From Candidatus Poribacteria bacterium (GTDB lineage Bacteria > Poribacteria > WGA-4E > WGA-3G), in the NCBI GenBank assembly GCA_963663765.2, contig CAXXUA010000005.1, forward strand, positions 1,632,001 through 1,696,000: a stretch of DNA of 64,000 nt. The letters run 5' to 3'. The position numbers and the translations under genes are program-made. The number at the start of each line of letters is the position of its first letter. Within the stretch, counting starts at the first letter, position 1. The notes under the pieces are model-generated. The model made no database searches. It saw only the letters and a list, made by a program, of their open reading frames with translations, and was not told where the DNA came from. Shown piece by piece: positions 30,956-42,068 of this stretch.

Positions 30956-32527
30956 ATGAAGTTTTGGACTCCGTCAGTAAAAGTAGGACTGATGGTCATT
31001 ATTGCTATAATCCTACTTGCTATTCTCCTTATCAATTCTGGAAACTTACCTTGGGGAACTCCCGGGGACAACCTAAAATTTGAATTTCGTGCTGTAAATG
31101 GACTATATGTCGGTTCCGGCGTTTATCTTTCTGGAGTCTCAATCGGTAAGGTTACAAGTATTCAACTGCAACCAGAAACAAATACAGTTGAAATTCGTGC
31201 ACGCGCAAAGAACGCTTATAAGTGGCTTAGACAAGGCTGCGACGCTCGGATATCAATGAGTGGTTTTGTAGGTGAAACATATATCTCATTACAAAACGGA
31301 GCGATCGGCAATCCAACCCTGCAACCATCGGATCTACCGATCATCGGAATAGACCCAGTAAATCCTTTGGAATTGCTTGAACAAACAAGCTCCGGACTGA
31401 GTAAAGCTATTGACTTGACTTCCGCAGCAAACGAACTCCTTCAAGCTAACCAAGAAGAAATCCAAGAGGGCATCAAAGAAACACGCGCATTGGTCGCATT
31501 AACGAATGAAACCCTAAAAAAATTCAATCAAAACATGGATACTACAGTCGGAACTGTGATGGATTTGGCTGCAAAAAACGATAAACGTTTTTCAGATACA
31601 TTGGATAATGTGAATAAGTTATTAAGACAACTTGGAGATGATTCCTTAATTCTCAGTAGTCAACTTAGTGATTTGAGTCGGTCAATGTTAGTCCTGGTTG
31701 ACCAGAATTTTCCTAAAGTTAATAAAATACTCTCAGATTTGCAACAAGGCACAACTGATTTTCAGCAATTAGCAATACAAATTCGGAAAGACTCAAGCAC
31801 GTTAACAACAGAAGTTTCGGAGCTGGTTACAAAAGGAAGTGCGTTTATTGAAAAGGGAAGTACAAATGTTCAACCAATCTTAGACAATCTTGAGACTGCG
31901 ACAAAGGCAATCACCACTTTAGAAAAAAACATAAGTGAACTGCTAAATACTATAAAACATGGCGAAGGTACCGTCGCAAAACTCCTCAATAATCCAGAAC
32001 CATTTACTCATTTTCAAGAGACTTTTGATAGCTTAAATGAGGTGATCACTGGGTTAAAGAGGTACTATAAACAAACTGACGAACAAATAAAAGGCTTAAA
32101 ATTACCTGATTTTTCAATGGATGCCGAATTGCGCTATCTTAGTCTTGAAGAGAATTTATATACGGAATTTGGGTTCTCACTAAAACCACTACCACCTTCA
32201 AAAAACCTATACCGTTTTGGTCTCGGCATAAGAGATGAGAACATCGGGGTAGAAGTTCAATATGCATATAATTTCACAGATTATCTGCAAGGAAGATTCG
32301 GTTTCATGCGCTCCAATTTCGGGGTTGGTGTCGACCTTTGGTTGATGGCACGCCGCTTAGGTATCAGTGTTGAAAGCATTGGACTCACAAGAGACAAACC
32401 TGAACTGAACGGTGAATTGAGTTACCGTTTCTTCAAAGGTGGACATTTTCTCGTAGGTGTTGAAAACTGGAGGAGTGATGATAGACGTTGGATAACAGGA
32501 TTCAAATTGATAACAAGCGGATGGTAA
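30956..32527 (+). CDS. mlaD: Long MCE/MlaD protein (TM, MCE, helical region, beta-rich C-terminus)
   Basis: KVG TM, GL..GS.V..SGV.IGKV MCE motif, GEGTVAKLL, amphipathic beta C-terminus. Confidence 0.88.
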   Translation: MKFWTPSVKVGLMVIIAIILLAILLINSGNLPWGTPGDNLKFEFRAVNGLYVGSGVYLSGVSIGKVTSIQLQPETNTVEIRARAKNAYKWLRQGCDARISMSGFVGETYISLQNGAIGNPTLQPSDLPIIGIDPVNPLELLEQTSSGLSKAIDLTSAANELLQANQEEIQEGIKETRALVALTNETLKKFNQNMDTTVGTVMDLAAKNDKRFSDTLDNVNKLLRQLGDDSLILSSQLSDLSRSMLVLVDQNFPKVNKILSDLQQGTTDFQQLAIQIRKDSSTLTTEVSELVTKGSAFIEKGSTNVQPILDNLETATKAITTLEKNISELLNTIKHGEGTVAKLLNNPEPFTHFQETFDSLNEVITGLKRYYKQTDEQIKGLKLPDFSMDAELRYLSLEENLYTEFGFSLKPLPPSKNLYRFGLGIRDENIGVEVQYAYNFTDYLQGRFGFMRSNFGVGVDLWLMARRLGISVESIGLTRDKPELNGELSYRFFKGGHFLVGVENWRSDDRRWITGFKLITSGW

Positions 32528-32621
32528 AAGACATACGACTGTCTGCAATTGATTATCAGGTTTAGTGATGCAAAGACAACATGCTTTGGGATAGAAACTC
32601 AATAGCAATAAACGGATAGAT

Positions 32622-33983
32622 ATGGCACAAACAAAACACAAATTTGTCTGTCAAGAATGTGGGTACACAACTCCGAGAGGACTCGGAAAATGTCCGAGTT
32701 GTCAGGCATGGAACAGCTTTACCGAAGAAACTGAAATCGTTACGACATCCCCGTTACATCGAGTTATTAGTCATCAAGCTAACACACCCGAAATTATTGC
32801 TCACGTAACAGCGACAGATGTAGAACGACAATTCACTGGAATGCCTGAATTTGATAGAGTTTTAGGCGGTGGAATTGTACCCGGATCCGTAGTCCTAATC
32901 GGAGGGGACCCAGGTATAGGTAAATCCACACTATTGCTACAAGCAAGCGACGCACTCAGCCGCAAATATGGCAATGTGCTTTATGTATCAGGTGAAGAAT
33001 CAGTAAACCAGACGAAGATCCGTTCAAACCGACTTGGTGTAAATTCCGATACGCTCTATGTCCTCTGCGAAAATAATTTAGAGCAAATTGAAAAACAAAT
33101 TGAAAAACTTCAACCACAAGCAGTTGTTATTGACTCAATACAATCAGTCTATCTAACGAATTTTCAATCGGCTCCAGGAAGTATCACACAGATTCGAGAA
33201 TGCGCTGCACAACTCTTAATTTGTGCTAAAAAACAGAACATACCTATTTTCCTCGTTGGACATGTGACAAAAGAGGGAAATTTAGCGGGACCACGCGTGT
33301 TAGAGCACATAGTAGATACAGTCCTCTATTTTGAAGGAGAACGACATCACATTTATCGCGTCCTACGTGCAACAAAAAACCGATTCGGGTCAACAAATGA
33401 ACTCGGTATTTTTGAAATGCAGAACAAGGGATTAGTAGATGTCAAAAATCCATCACAACTCTTTTTGAGCGATAGAGAAGAGAATATTTCTGGTTCTGTA
33501 GTCGTTTCAAGCATGGAAGGCACACGTCCATTGTTGTTGGAGGTACAAGCATTAGTCGTTCCAACACATTACGGAACGCCGCGCAACACAGCTACAGGTA
33601 TTGATCGTAACCGCGTCGCGCTCCTCATCGCAGTTCTAAATAAACGTGTTGGACTGGATATAGGTGACTCAGATGTCTTTGTGAACATTACAGGGGGAAT
33701 ACGAATCGATGAACCAGGTATTGATCTCGGTGTGTTAATGGCTATTATATCTAACCACCGAAACAAGCCAATTGATCCCCATACAGTCATAATTGGAGAA
33801 GTTGGGTTAGGCGGTGAAATTCGACCCGTACCTCACATTGAAAGACGGATAAATGAAGCAGCAAAACTCGGATTCACAAAAGCTATTTTCCCAGAATATA
33901 ACCAAAAAAGTTTGAATATACAAGAGACAATCAAGCCCATTAGTGTGAAGAATATTTATGACAGCCTAAAAATATTGGTGTAA
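32622..33983 (+). CDS. radA: DNA repair protein RadA/Sms
   Basis: CxxC-CxxC, GDPGIGKST, KNRFG, GEVGLGGE. Confidence 0.98.
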   Translation: MAQTKHKFVCQECGYTTPRGLGKCPSCQAWNSFTEETEIVTTSPLHRVISHQANTPEIIAHVTATDVERQFTGMPEFDRVLGGGIVPGSVVLIGGDPGIGKSTLLLQASDALSRKYGNVLYVSGEESVNQTKIRSNRLGVNSDTLYVLCENNLEQIEKQIEKLQPQAVVIDSIQSVYLTNFQSAPGSITQIRECAAQLLICAKKQNIPIFLVGHVTKEGNLAGPRVLEHIVDTVLYFEGERHHIYRVLRATKNRFGSTNELGIFEMQNKGLVDVKNPSQLFLSDREENISGSVVVSSMEGTRPLLLEVQALVVPTHYGTPRNTATGIDRNRVALLIAVLNKRVGLDIGDSDVFVNITGGIRIDEPGIDLGVLMAIISNHRNKPIDPHTVIIGEVGLGGEIRPVPHIERRINEAAKLGFTKAIFPEYNQKSLNIQETIKPISVKNIYDSLKILV

Positions 33984-34246
33984 AATATCCAAAAAAAAAC
34001 AGAATTTCTTACGCACACAAGTAAACAATCTAAAAAGTTCTTTTAGCATATAAAATGTTCGTCCAAACAAGGACTGTAAAGTTCTGTAACGTAACGATCG
34101 AAAATTTATAGAGTTCCCGTAGAAAAAGGTAATTCGTTAGAAAGAAACAACACCATCATGGTATAATGCTGATAACGAATCATGGAATAAAGCTCTAATT
34201 AGCGATGAAATGCAATTCGCCGCTGCAACCGGTCGAGAAAAGAACT

Positions 34247-35281
34247 ATGCAAATTAAGATTATTCGTATCTCTTTTGTAATCATAGGTGGCATCATTGGA
34301 TACTTATTTAATAGTAGTTTAACCTATGTTGTTATCGGAATAGGTGTTGCGGGTATTTTTGTTGGATTTGAAACTTTACTTCGTAAACCCAAGTGTCGCA
34401 GGATTGTCGCAAGCATCTTAGGACTCGCATTCGGTTCGTTGATCTCTCATGGGTTGTTTCAACTCCTCTATCAAACAGATTCAACTCTCGATCAAAGCAA
34501 TGAGTGGTTTAATAGTACTTTGCATATAATTCTAATGCTCGGAGGTGGATATACTGGAATGATTTGTGGCTACTATCTATCTGAAAGTTTACCCATCGTA
34601 AGATTATTCAATTCATTTCGGTTCACACAGATGGGGACGCCATTTGCCACAAACGATTCCAATGGATTTAAACTCTTAGATACAAGCGTGATTATTGATG
34701 GACGTATCCTTGAAATTTGCGAAACACAATTTATTGATGGAACACTATTGATCCCACGTTTTGTTCTAAATGAGTTACAACATATTGCTGATTCAAACGA
34801 TTTACTGCGAAGAAATAAGGGACGGCGAGGGTTTGACATTCTACGTTCACTCCAAAATAGTCCGTCTATCGCTGTTGAAAATATTGAAGAAGATGTACCA
34901 CACCTTGATGAAGTCGACGCAAAATTGGTACACCTTGCTAAAAAACATTACGCTAAAATCATTACAAACGATCTAAACCTAAACAAAGTCGCTGAATTAC
35001 AGGGTGTCACAGTACTAAATATCAACGAATTAGCAAATGCGATACGTCCAATTGTTATTGCAGGAGAAATCATACAAGTCCATTTACAAAAAATCGGTAA
35101 AGAACCAAACCAAGGTGTAGGCTATCTTGATGATGGTACCATGGTGATCGTTGAAGACGGTAAATCGTTTATCGGACAAACACTTGATGTTGTCGTTACA
35201 CAAATGTTGCGAACCAGCACTGGGCAGATGATTTTCGCAAGGAATGCAGATGAACCTTTTCCACAGAAGGGAATTAGATGA
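34247..35281 (+). CDS. Membrane PIN/TRAM domain protein (YacL-like)
   Basis: TM helices, LDTSVIIDGRI, TNDLNLNKVA, GYLDDGTMVIVE; radA-yacL-ispD synteny. Confidence 0.92.
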   Translation: MQIKIIRISFVIIGGIIGYLFNSSLTYVVIGIGVAGIFVGFETLLRKPKCRRIVASILGLAFGSLISHGLFQLLYQTDSTLDQSNEWFNSTLHIILMLGGGYTGMICGYYLSESLPIVRLFNSFRFTQMGTPFATNDSNGFKLLDTSVIIDGRILEICETQFIDGTLLIPRFVLNELQHIADSNDLLRRNKGRRGFDILRSLQNSPSIAVENIEEDVPHLDEVDAKLVHLAKKHYAKIITNDLNLNKVAELQGVTVLNINELANAIRPIVIAGEIIQVHLQKIGKEPNQGVGYLDDGTMVIVEDGKSFIGQTLDVVVTQMLRTSTGQMIFARNADEPFPQKGIR

Positions 35282-36021
35282 TTCAAACAAAATCAGATAC
35301 GGATAAACCACCTAGTGGGACTTTGACGAACTCCAAAATATCTGTAATCATCGCTGCCGCAGGAAAAGGCAGTCGCATGGAATCGTCTGTCAGAAAGCCA
35401 TATCTATTGTTAGGTAATAAACCAATTTTGTCCCATACAATTGATCGGTTTGAACAGAACAGTGTCATTGACGAAATCATTGTGATCGTTGATACAAATG
35501 ATTTTGAGATATGCAAAAAAAATGTGTTTACCCCATACCGATACAAGAAGGTTTGTGAACTCGTATCGGGTGGAAAAACTCGTCAAGAATCTGTATTCAA
35601 CGGAATTCGTTCGCTTTCAGATGATGTTGATTTCGTTATCATCCATGACGGCGTACGTCCGTTTATCAATGACGAAATTATCTTTGGATGTCTCAAGGCA
35701 GCATCAAAAAACGGTGCAAGTGTCTCTGCTGTACCTGTAAAAGAGACTATTAAAATCGCAAACGCCGATGATTTCATTGATCACACACCCGTTAGGGATC
35801 GCTTGTGGCGTGTACAAACACCACAAGTATTTCGTAAATCATTATTAGTAGACGCACATAGAAAGGCAATTAAAGACAGAATATGTGCAACTGACGACGC
35901 TGCATTAGTTGAAATACTGGGGATGCCTGTAAAACTGGTCATGGGCAGCTACAAAAACATAAAAATAACCACTACAGAAGATTTGCAGATCGCCGAAACT
36001 TTGCTAAATGATAGAGCATAA
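35278..36021 (+). CDS. ispD: MEP cytidylyltransferase
   Basis: AAGKGSRM, RQESV, IHDGVRP, QTPQ, TDDA, KITT.EDL. Confidence 0.97.
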   Translation: MIQTKSDTDKPPSGTLTNSKISVIIAAAGKGSRMESSVRKPYLLLGNKPILSHTIDRFEQNSVIDEIIVIVDTNDFEICKKNVFTPYRYKKVCELVSGGKTRQESVFNGIRSLSDDVDFVIIHDGVRPFINDEIIFGCLKAASKNGASVSAVPVKETIKIANADDFIDHTPVRDRLWRVQTPQVFRKSLLVDAHRKAIKDRICATDDAALVEILGMPVKLVMGSYKNIKITTTEDLQIAETLLNDRA

Positions 36022-36043
36022 GGTATAATAAATCGGACATAAG

Positions 36044-36523
36044 ATGCGGATAGGAATCGGGTACGACGTTCATCAACTTGTTGAGAATAGGAAACTAATT
36101 TTGGGTGGCGTTGAAATCCCCTATCACTTGGGATTATTAGGACATTCAGATGCGGATGTGTTGACACACGCAATCTGTGACGCAATTTTAGGCGCAGCAG
36201 CTTTAGGAGACATCGGAACACATTTTCCAGATACGGACAAATGTTACGCTGGAATAGACAGTCAACTTATTCTTCGCACTATCACAGCGAAGATTAAAGA
36301 ACAAAATTACGTAATAGAAAATGTTGATAGCACAGTAATTGCACAAAAACCGAAATTAGCTCCATATATCTCCCAAATGCAACGTGTACTCGCAAAAACA
36401 TTAGATATAACAGAGACACAAGTAAGTGTGAAAGCGACTACCGCAGAAGCATTAGGAATTGTCGGTGAAGGAAAAGCAATCGTAGCACAAGCGGTTGTAT
36501 GTCTCTCTAAAGTTCAATCATAA
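36044..36523 (+). CDS. ispF: MECDP synthase
   Basis: RIGIGYDVH, GHSDADV, GDIG.HFPD, KATT. Confidence 0.98.
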   Translation: MRIGIGYDVHQLVENRKLILGGVEIPYHLGLLGHSDADVLTHAICDAILGAAALGDIGTHFPDTDKCYAGIDSQLILRTITAKIKEQNYVIENVDSTVIAQKPKLAPYISQMQRVLAKTLDITETQVSVKATTAEALGIVGEGKAIVAQAVVCLSKVQS

Positions 36524-36582
36524 ATCTTGTGCTTTGTCGTAATGCAGTATATGTGCTTCATCAAAATATGAAGGGAAAGTGA

Positions 36583-38040
36583 ATGGGATTACAAATATAT
36601 AACTCGCTTAGCAGACAACTTGAGGATTTTTCTCCGCTAACTGAGGGACAAGTGTCAATGTACAGTTGCGGTCCCACCGTCTATGACTATATACACATCG
36701 GTAATGCTCGCACAGCACTCGTTACGGATATTATAAGAAGGTATCTTGAATACAGCGGATATGATGTCAAATTAGTCCAAAATGTGACTGATATTGACGA
36801 TAAAATTATTGCACGGGCACAAACACTCGGAATCAGCACTAATCAACTAGCAAATACAAACAGTGAAGCATATTTTGAGGATACACTACGACTCGGTATT
36901 CAACCCGCAGATGTACACCCGAAAGCAACTGAACACATTCCAGAGATGATTGACCTGATAAAAATGCTAATTGATAAAGGGGCAGCTTATGTTATTGACG
37001 GCAGCGTCTATTATCGCGTCAATACATTCAATGAATACGGCAAACTGTCAAGACGAAAACCAGAGGATCTCTTAGCAGGCGCACGAGTTGAAGTTGATCA
37101 ACGTAAAGAAGACCCGCGCGATTTTGACATGTGGAAGGCAGCAAAACCAGGAGAACCTTATTGGGATAGTCCATGGGGACCCGGTAGACCCGGATGGCAT
37201 ATTGAGTGTTCATCTATGGCGATGAAACATCTGGGTGAAACAATTGATATTCACGCAGGCGGTGAAGACCTCCTGTTTCCACATCACGAAAACGAAATCG
37301 CACAGAGTGAATTGGCTACAGGTAAACCATTTGCACGTTACTGGATTCATGTCGCGTTCCTGAAAATAGATGGAAAACGGATGGGTAAATCTGAAAAAAA
37401 CTTTATATTCTTACGAGACGCATTGGACAGATACCCCGCAGAAGTCATCCGTCATTTCCTCATTTCTGCACAATACAGACACCCCCTTGATTACAGTTTG
37501 GAAAGTTTGCAAAAATCTGATTCCGCCCTTAAACGTTTGAACAACTGTTTAAATACACTAAAAAAATATGATGAAGATACAAACGAAGGCACAAGTGATA
37601 AAGCCTCGCTAACGCAAGATGTTTCCAAAACTGACGACACACTTCTTTCTGCAATAGAGAACATGCAGTCACAATTTACTGATGCTATGAATACCGATTT
37701 CAATACCGCACAAGCAATGGGGTCAATTTTCTCACTTGTCAGTCACGTCAATCGGTCAATTGCAAATTCCAACGGTGTTACCCCAAACACTTTCGCAAAA
37801 GCCCGCAAAACCCTATTTGAAACCTGTCAAGTTCTTGGCATCTATACGCAAAACAAAGATGCAACTGGCAACTCCGAGGAATATCTCAAACCACTGCTTG
37901 AACTCCTATTAGAAATTAGACAGGAAGCACGAAACCAGAAAGATTGGGATACATCAGATAAGATCCGTGATAGACTGAAAAAACTGAATATAGAAATTCA
38001 AGACTCACATGAAGACTCTACTTGGAAATTTGTATCATAA
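36583..38040 (+). CDS. cysS: Cysteine--tRNA ligase
   Basis: CGPTVY..HIGNAR, GRPGWHIECS, FPHHENE, RMGKS (KMSKS variant). Confidence 0.98.
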   Translation: MGLQIYNSLSRQLEDFSPLTEGQVSMYSCGPTVYDYIHIGNARTALVTDIIRRYLEYSGYDVKLVQNVTDIDDKIIARAQTLGISTNQLANTNSEAYFEDTLRLGIQPADVHPKATEHIPEMIDLIKMLIDKGAAYVIDGSVYYRVNTFNEYGKLSRRKPEDLLAGARVEVDQRKEDPRDFDMWKAAKPGEPYWDSPWGPGRPGWHIECSSMAMKHLGETIDIHAGGEDLLFPHHENEIAQSELATGKPFARYWIHVAFLKIDGKRMGKSEKNFIFLRDALDRYPAEVIRHFLISAQYRHPLDYSLESLQKSDSALKRLNNCLNTLKKYDEDTNEGTSDKASLTQDVSKTDDTLLSAIENMQSQFTDAMNTDFNTAQAMGSIFSLVSHVNRSIANSNGVTPNTFAKARKTLFETCQVLGIYTQNKDATGNSEEYLKPLLELLLEIRQEARNQKDWDTSDKIRDRLKKLNIEIQDSHEDSTWKFVS

Positions 38041-38149
38041 CAACAAATATAGAACATCTAATGTTTAGTCCGTGTCTAAAAAAATAAGAACGCTCATAGT
38101 TTCTTAATATTTTGCACATAATAGTTACGTGCAATAAGGAGATAAAGTC

Positions 38150-38794
38150 ATGTATATTAAAAAGGTTTTTCATTTCTCACTCATCTGTTTTGCTGTTGTT
38201 CTTGTCGGTTGTAGTGCATTGCTATCCCAACAAGAATGGAGTGAAAACTACTCACTTCTTGAAGGAACCATTTCAACCAGTCCATCAATGATTGATGGAG
38301 ATATAAACACAATCGGTGAAACGACACTCCCCGCAACCGCAAGCTCCGCGTTGGGATCAAATCCTGCACCTGAAGTCATTATCACACTGCCAGAAGAAAA
38401 AGTTATACGTAGAATCGTTATCCATTCAGAAAATCTAAAGACATTTGATATCTTCGCTGACCAAGGCGGAATTGTTAAGGAAACTGACTGGAAATTAATC
38501 AAAGAGATAAAAACTGTCAAATCAAACCCAATTGAGATCCCTGTTTTAATCTCACACCCTACAAACCGCATTCGGCTTAGAGTATTATCTACGACAGACG
38601 ATGCAAATCTAAAACGTAGTCAACGCGCGCGCAGCGGCGGTGCTGGTAATAGAGCATTCGGTCAAAATCGTCGAGCACAAGGTAAAATCAAGGAAATTGA
38701 ACTTTACGGATATAAAACTGTTGAACAAACAAAGCAAAACACCGCAGCCGAAAACCGTGAGAAAGAACTTGATGATTTATTGAATACAGAATAA
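38150..38794 (+). CDS. Hypothetical lipoprotein, discoidin/F5-8-like fold
   Basis: LVGC lipobox; IDGD, RIRL, IKEIELY. Confidence 0.65.
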   Translation: MYIKKVFHFSLICFAVVLVGCSALLSQQEWSENYSLLEGTISTSPSMIDGDINTIGETTLPATASSALGSNPAPEVIITLPEEKVIRRIVIHSENLKTFDIFADQGGIVKETDWKLIKEIKTVKSNPIEIPVLISHPTNRIRLRVLSTTDDANLKRSQRARSGGAGNRAFGQNRRAQGKIKEIELYGYKTVEQTKQNTAAENREKELDDLLNTE

Positions 38795-38889
38795 ATAATA
38801 AAATATCGGTACGACCGTTTTACCAACAAGACATTGGTAGAATTTAGCAGAATGTTGTACAAATATAAACACGAAATAAGGAGGAATAA

Positions 38890-39474
38890 ATGCGTTTCGG
38901 TATATTGATAATAATGTTCATCGGTATGCTTGTTGCGATATCTGGTTGTGTTCTCTCCTCAAATTCAACGCTTAACTGGAGCGAGAACATTGCAATAAGA
39001 GCCAACAGCAAAAATTCAAAATTTCATGATGACAACTTATATACGGAAGGAAGAACCTCAACCATAGTTGAAGAAAATCGAAGCCAAGCTGCACAAGAAG
39101 AATCTGATAAATACACAGAAGCTGTGTTAAGTTGGAACGTCCCTCAGGCGATCCAACAAATTGTCGTCAAAGCAAAAGAGGGACAACTGGAATTCTTTCA
39201 TATTCAATATATGGATGAAGAAGGAAAGTGGGTTACAATCAAAGATGTTCGCGAAAACATGCGTCCTGTCTATAAATACACACTTAGAGATCCTATTCTG
39301 ACAAAAAAGTTCCGACTCAAAGTTCCACGCAGATGGGAATCCCGACGAATCGGCGGACAGAGTAGGTCAAAACGCTCAGAAACTGGGGCACCATCTGCTG
39401 CTGAATACAAGAATATTCAGGAAATTGAACTCTATTACGCACTCCCAACACCCGAAACTACCTCAATGGAATAA
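38890..39474 (+). CDS. Hypothetical lipoprotein, discoidin/F5-8-like fold
   Basis: ISGC lipobox; WSEN, KFRL, IQEIELY; resembles the upstream gene. Confidence 0.65.
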   Translation: MRFGILIIMFIGMLVAISGCVLSSNSTLNWSENIAIRANSKNSKFHDDNLYTEGRTSTIVEENRSQAAQEESDKYTEAVLSWNVPQAIQQIVVKAKEGQLEFFHIQYMDEEGKWVTIKDVRENMRPVYKYTLRDPILTKKFRLKVPRRWESRRIGGQSRSKRSETGAPSAAEYKNIQEIELYYALPTPETTSME

Positions 39475-39529
39475 TGAATACCATAAGCAGTCCAAATCTT
39501 CAACGGTTTTCAGGAGCATAATAAATTAG

Positions 39530-40747
39530 GTGATGCTATCTCAGGAAACAAAAAATCTTCTACATCTTAGTCTAATTCAAGGAGTTGGACCGAAAACCAT
39601 CTTATCCTTAGTCAATATATTGGGTAGTGCAGAAAAAGTTCTCAACGCTACGTCAGAGGAATTGGAAAAAATTGAAAAACTTTCTCCAAACGCACGAAAA
39701 CGTTTAACCCAAAGAAAACTCGGATGTCCATTAGAACGCGAGTTGGAACTGATACAGGAATATGGATGTCAAATAATAACATACTACGACACATCGTATC
39801 CACTCCTGTTGAAGGAAGTTGACCCACCACCTTTGTTACTTTACGTCAGAGGTGAAGTGAAACCGGAAGATTCACTTGGCTTCGCTATTGTCGGTTCCAG
39901 AGAAGCAAAAGATTATGGACGACGTGTCAGTTACCAATTAGCATACCAACTCGCGAACCGTGGTCTGACTGTCGTCAGTGGGTTCGCAAAGGGTATAGAC
40001 ACCTGTGCACACAGAGGCGCACTGGAAGCTGGCGGCAGAACAATTGCCGTAATGGGAAACGGACTGAGCCTCATCTATCCAGCAGGTAATCAAGAATTGG
40101 TGGAAAAAGTTGTTGAATCTGGCGCATTGATTTCTGAATTTCCGATGGGAATGAAACCAAGATCAGAGAATTTTCCCAGGCGCAATCGCATCATTAGCGG
40201 ATTAACACTTGGAACCGTTGTGGTTGAAGCTTCAAATAGAAGTGGCGCCCTTATAACAGCACGTCTCGCAAGTGAACAAGGTAGGGAGGTATTCGCTGTC
40301 CCAGGAGAAATCTTCTCTGAATTATCAACTGGCACACATAAACTAATTGATAACGGGGCGAAACTCATCAGCAAAGTAGACGATCTAATAGAAGCACTCC
40401 CACATCACGTCATAAATCAAATATCCGCCATCACACCAACATCAGAAACAGATAGAGGGAAGGAAACACCTTTCGTAAACAAGGGCAATCTTGAAGGTAC
40501 AAGCAGCACATTACCAAAATCAACCGATACTGATAAGAAAAAACCTTTACCCAAACCTCCACCACCAGATTTAACATCCGATGAAAAAACGGTGTTTGAT
40601 GCGATTGAAGTCCCTTCAACTCATATTGATACCATCGTCCGAACAACGCAGTTGCCGATTAACCAAATCTCAAGCGCACTGTTGATGTTAGAACTCAAAG
40701 GTGCTATTGAACAGTTACCCGGTAAACAGTTTGCCAAAACTATTTGA
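39530..40747 (+). CDS. dprA: DNA-processing protein DprA
   Basis: YP..L, AIVGSR, VVSGFAKGID..AH, FPRRNRIISG, SGALITA, LELKG. Confidence 0.97.
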   Translation: MMLSQETKNLLHLSLIQGVGPKTILSLVNILGSAEKVLNATSEELEKIEKLSPNARKRLTQRKLGCPLERELELIQEYGCQIITYYDTSYPLLLKEVDPPPLLLYVRGEVKPEDSLGFAIVGSREAKDYGRRVSYQLAYQLANRGLTVVSGFAKGIDTCAHRGALEAGGRTIAVMGNGLSLIYPAGNQELVEKVVESGALISEFPMGMKPRSENFPRRNRIISGLTLGTVVVEASNRSGALITARLASEQGREVFAVPGEIFSELSTGTHKLIDNGAKLISKVDDLIEALPHHVINQISAITPTSETDRGKETPFVNKGNLEGTSSTLPKSTDTDKKKPLPKPPPPDLTSDEKTVFDAIEVPSTHIDTIVRTTQLPINQISSALLMLELKGAIEQLPGKQFAKTI

Positions 40748-40752
40748 GAGGT

Positions 40753-41730
40753 ATGCTTGTGAATTCATCTGAATTAGATTTTGAAAAACCACTAATAGAA
40801 TTAGAACGCCACCTAACACAACTGGACGCTTTCACAGAAGAACATCCAGAGTTAGACCTTTCAGAAGGTATTGCTGCATTGAAACAGAATGCAGACACAC
40901 TCACAAAACAGACTTTTCAAAAACTGAGTCGATGGGATAAAGTCCGTTTAGCACGGCACCCACAACGACCGCAATCTTCACTCTATATAGACGAACTTCT
41001 TGACGATCCTGTTGAACTCCGCAGCGATAAGTTATACGGCGATGACCGCGCTCTTATCGGTGGCTTAGCATGGTTTGATGAACACCCTATCGTCTACCTT
41101 GCACAACAAAAAGGAACGAACCTTGAAGAACGGCAGAAGATGAACTTCGGATATACACACCCAGAGGGGTACCGAAAAGCAAGACGTCTGATGCAGTTGG
41201 CGAACAAATACAACCGTCCCTTAATCTGTTTTGTTGATACGCCAGGTGCACACTTTGACCTCCGTTCCGAAGAATACGGACAAGCGGCAGCCATCGCTGA
41301 CAATCTCGCTGAAATGATACAGATGCATGTCCCAATTCTTGTCGTTATCATCGGTGAAGGCGGCAGCGGGGGCGCGTTAGCAATCGCTGTTGGTAATCGC
41401 GTGTTGATGATGGAATATGCAATCTACTGTGTCGCACCACCCGAGGCATGCAGTGGAATCGTATGGAAAGATAAAGGTGAACACGCACCTGAAGCCACCG
41501 AAGGCTATAAACCCACCGCACCTGACCTGCTAAAATTAGGTATCATTGACCAAATAATTCGCGAACCCCTCGGTGGTGCACACAGGGACCCAGAGGCAGC
41601 TGTCCGCAGCGTCAAACGTGCTATGCGAAAACATCTCAATGAATTGCTACAGATGACAGAAATACAACTTGTCCAACAACGTCATGAACGTTATAGAAAT
41701 CTCGGACTTTACGGAGAAGATGAAAATTAA
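40753..41730 (+). CDS. accA: Acetyl-CoA carboxylase carboxyltransferase alpha
   Basis: LDFEKP, ARHPQRP, PEGYRKA.RLM, DTPGA, IGEGGSGGALA. Confidence 0.97.
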   Translation: MLVNSSELDFEKPLIELERHLTQLDAFTEEHPELDLSEGIAALKQNADTLTKQTFQKLSRWDKVRLARHPQRPQSSLYIDELLDDPVELRSDKLYGDDRALIGGLAWFDEHPIVYLAQQKGTNLEERQKMNFGYTHPEGYRKARRLMQLANKYNRPLICFVDTPGAHFDLRSEEYGQAAAIADNLAEMIQMHVPILVVIIGEGGSGGALAIAVGNRVLMMEYAIYCVAPPEACSGIVWKDKGEHAPEATEGYKPTAPDLLKLGIIDQIIREPLGGAHRDPEAAVRSVKRAMRKHLNELLQMTEIQLVQQRHERYRNLGLYGEDEN

Positions 41731-41746
41731 TACTACAATAACGCAA

Positions 41747-41949
41747 GTTGCTACCTATAAGGTTTAGACGAATAAACACCGTTTTTTATAGAGTATAATA
41801 CACTTTTCGGTAGTATTTGTAGCACAAACTTTTAGTTTGTGCATCTTTATGACGCAAACTAAAAGTTTGCGCTACAAAATATAGGCTATTTATCAGCACT
41901 TTTTTGATAATAGATGGTTTTTCTAGGTCTAATTATTGTAGGTAGCAAC
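41747..41949. mobile_element. MITE shell with an inverted REP pair
   Basis: gttgctaccta ... taggtagcaac ends; inner gtagcacaaacttttagtttgtgc ... gcaaactaaaagtttgcgctac. Confidence 0.65.
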
Positions 41950-42068
41950 ATGGGTTACAATATATAATTCTAAAGTAAAAAATCCTATTTTCAAATATTA
42001 CAAAATAAACAAATACCCTACAAAACTCATGAAAATCCCACTATCACATAAACATTCCATAAAAAAAT

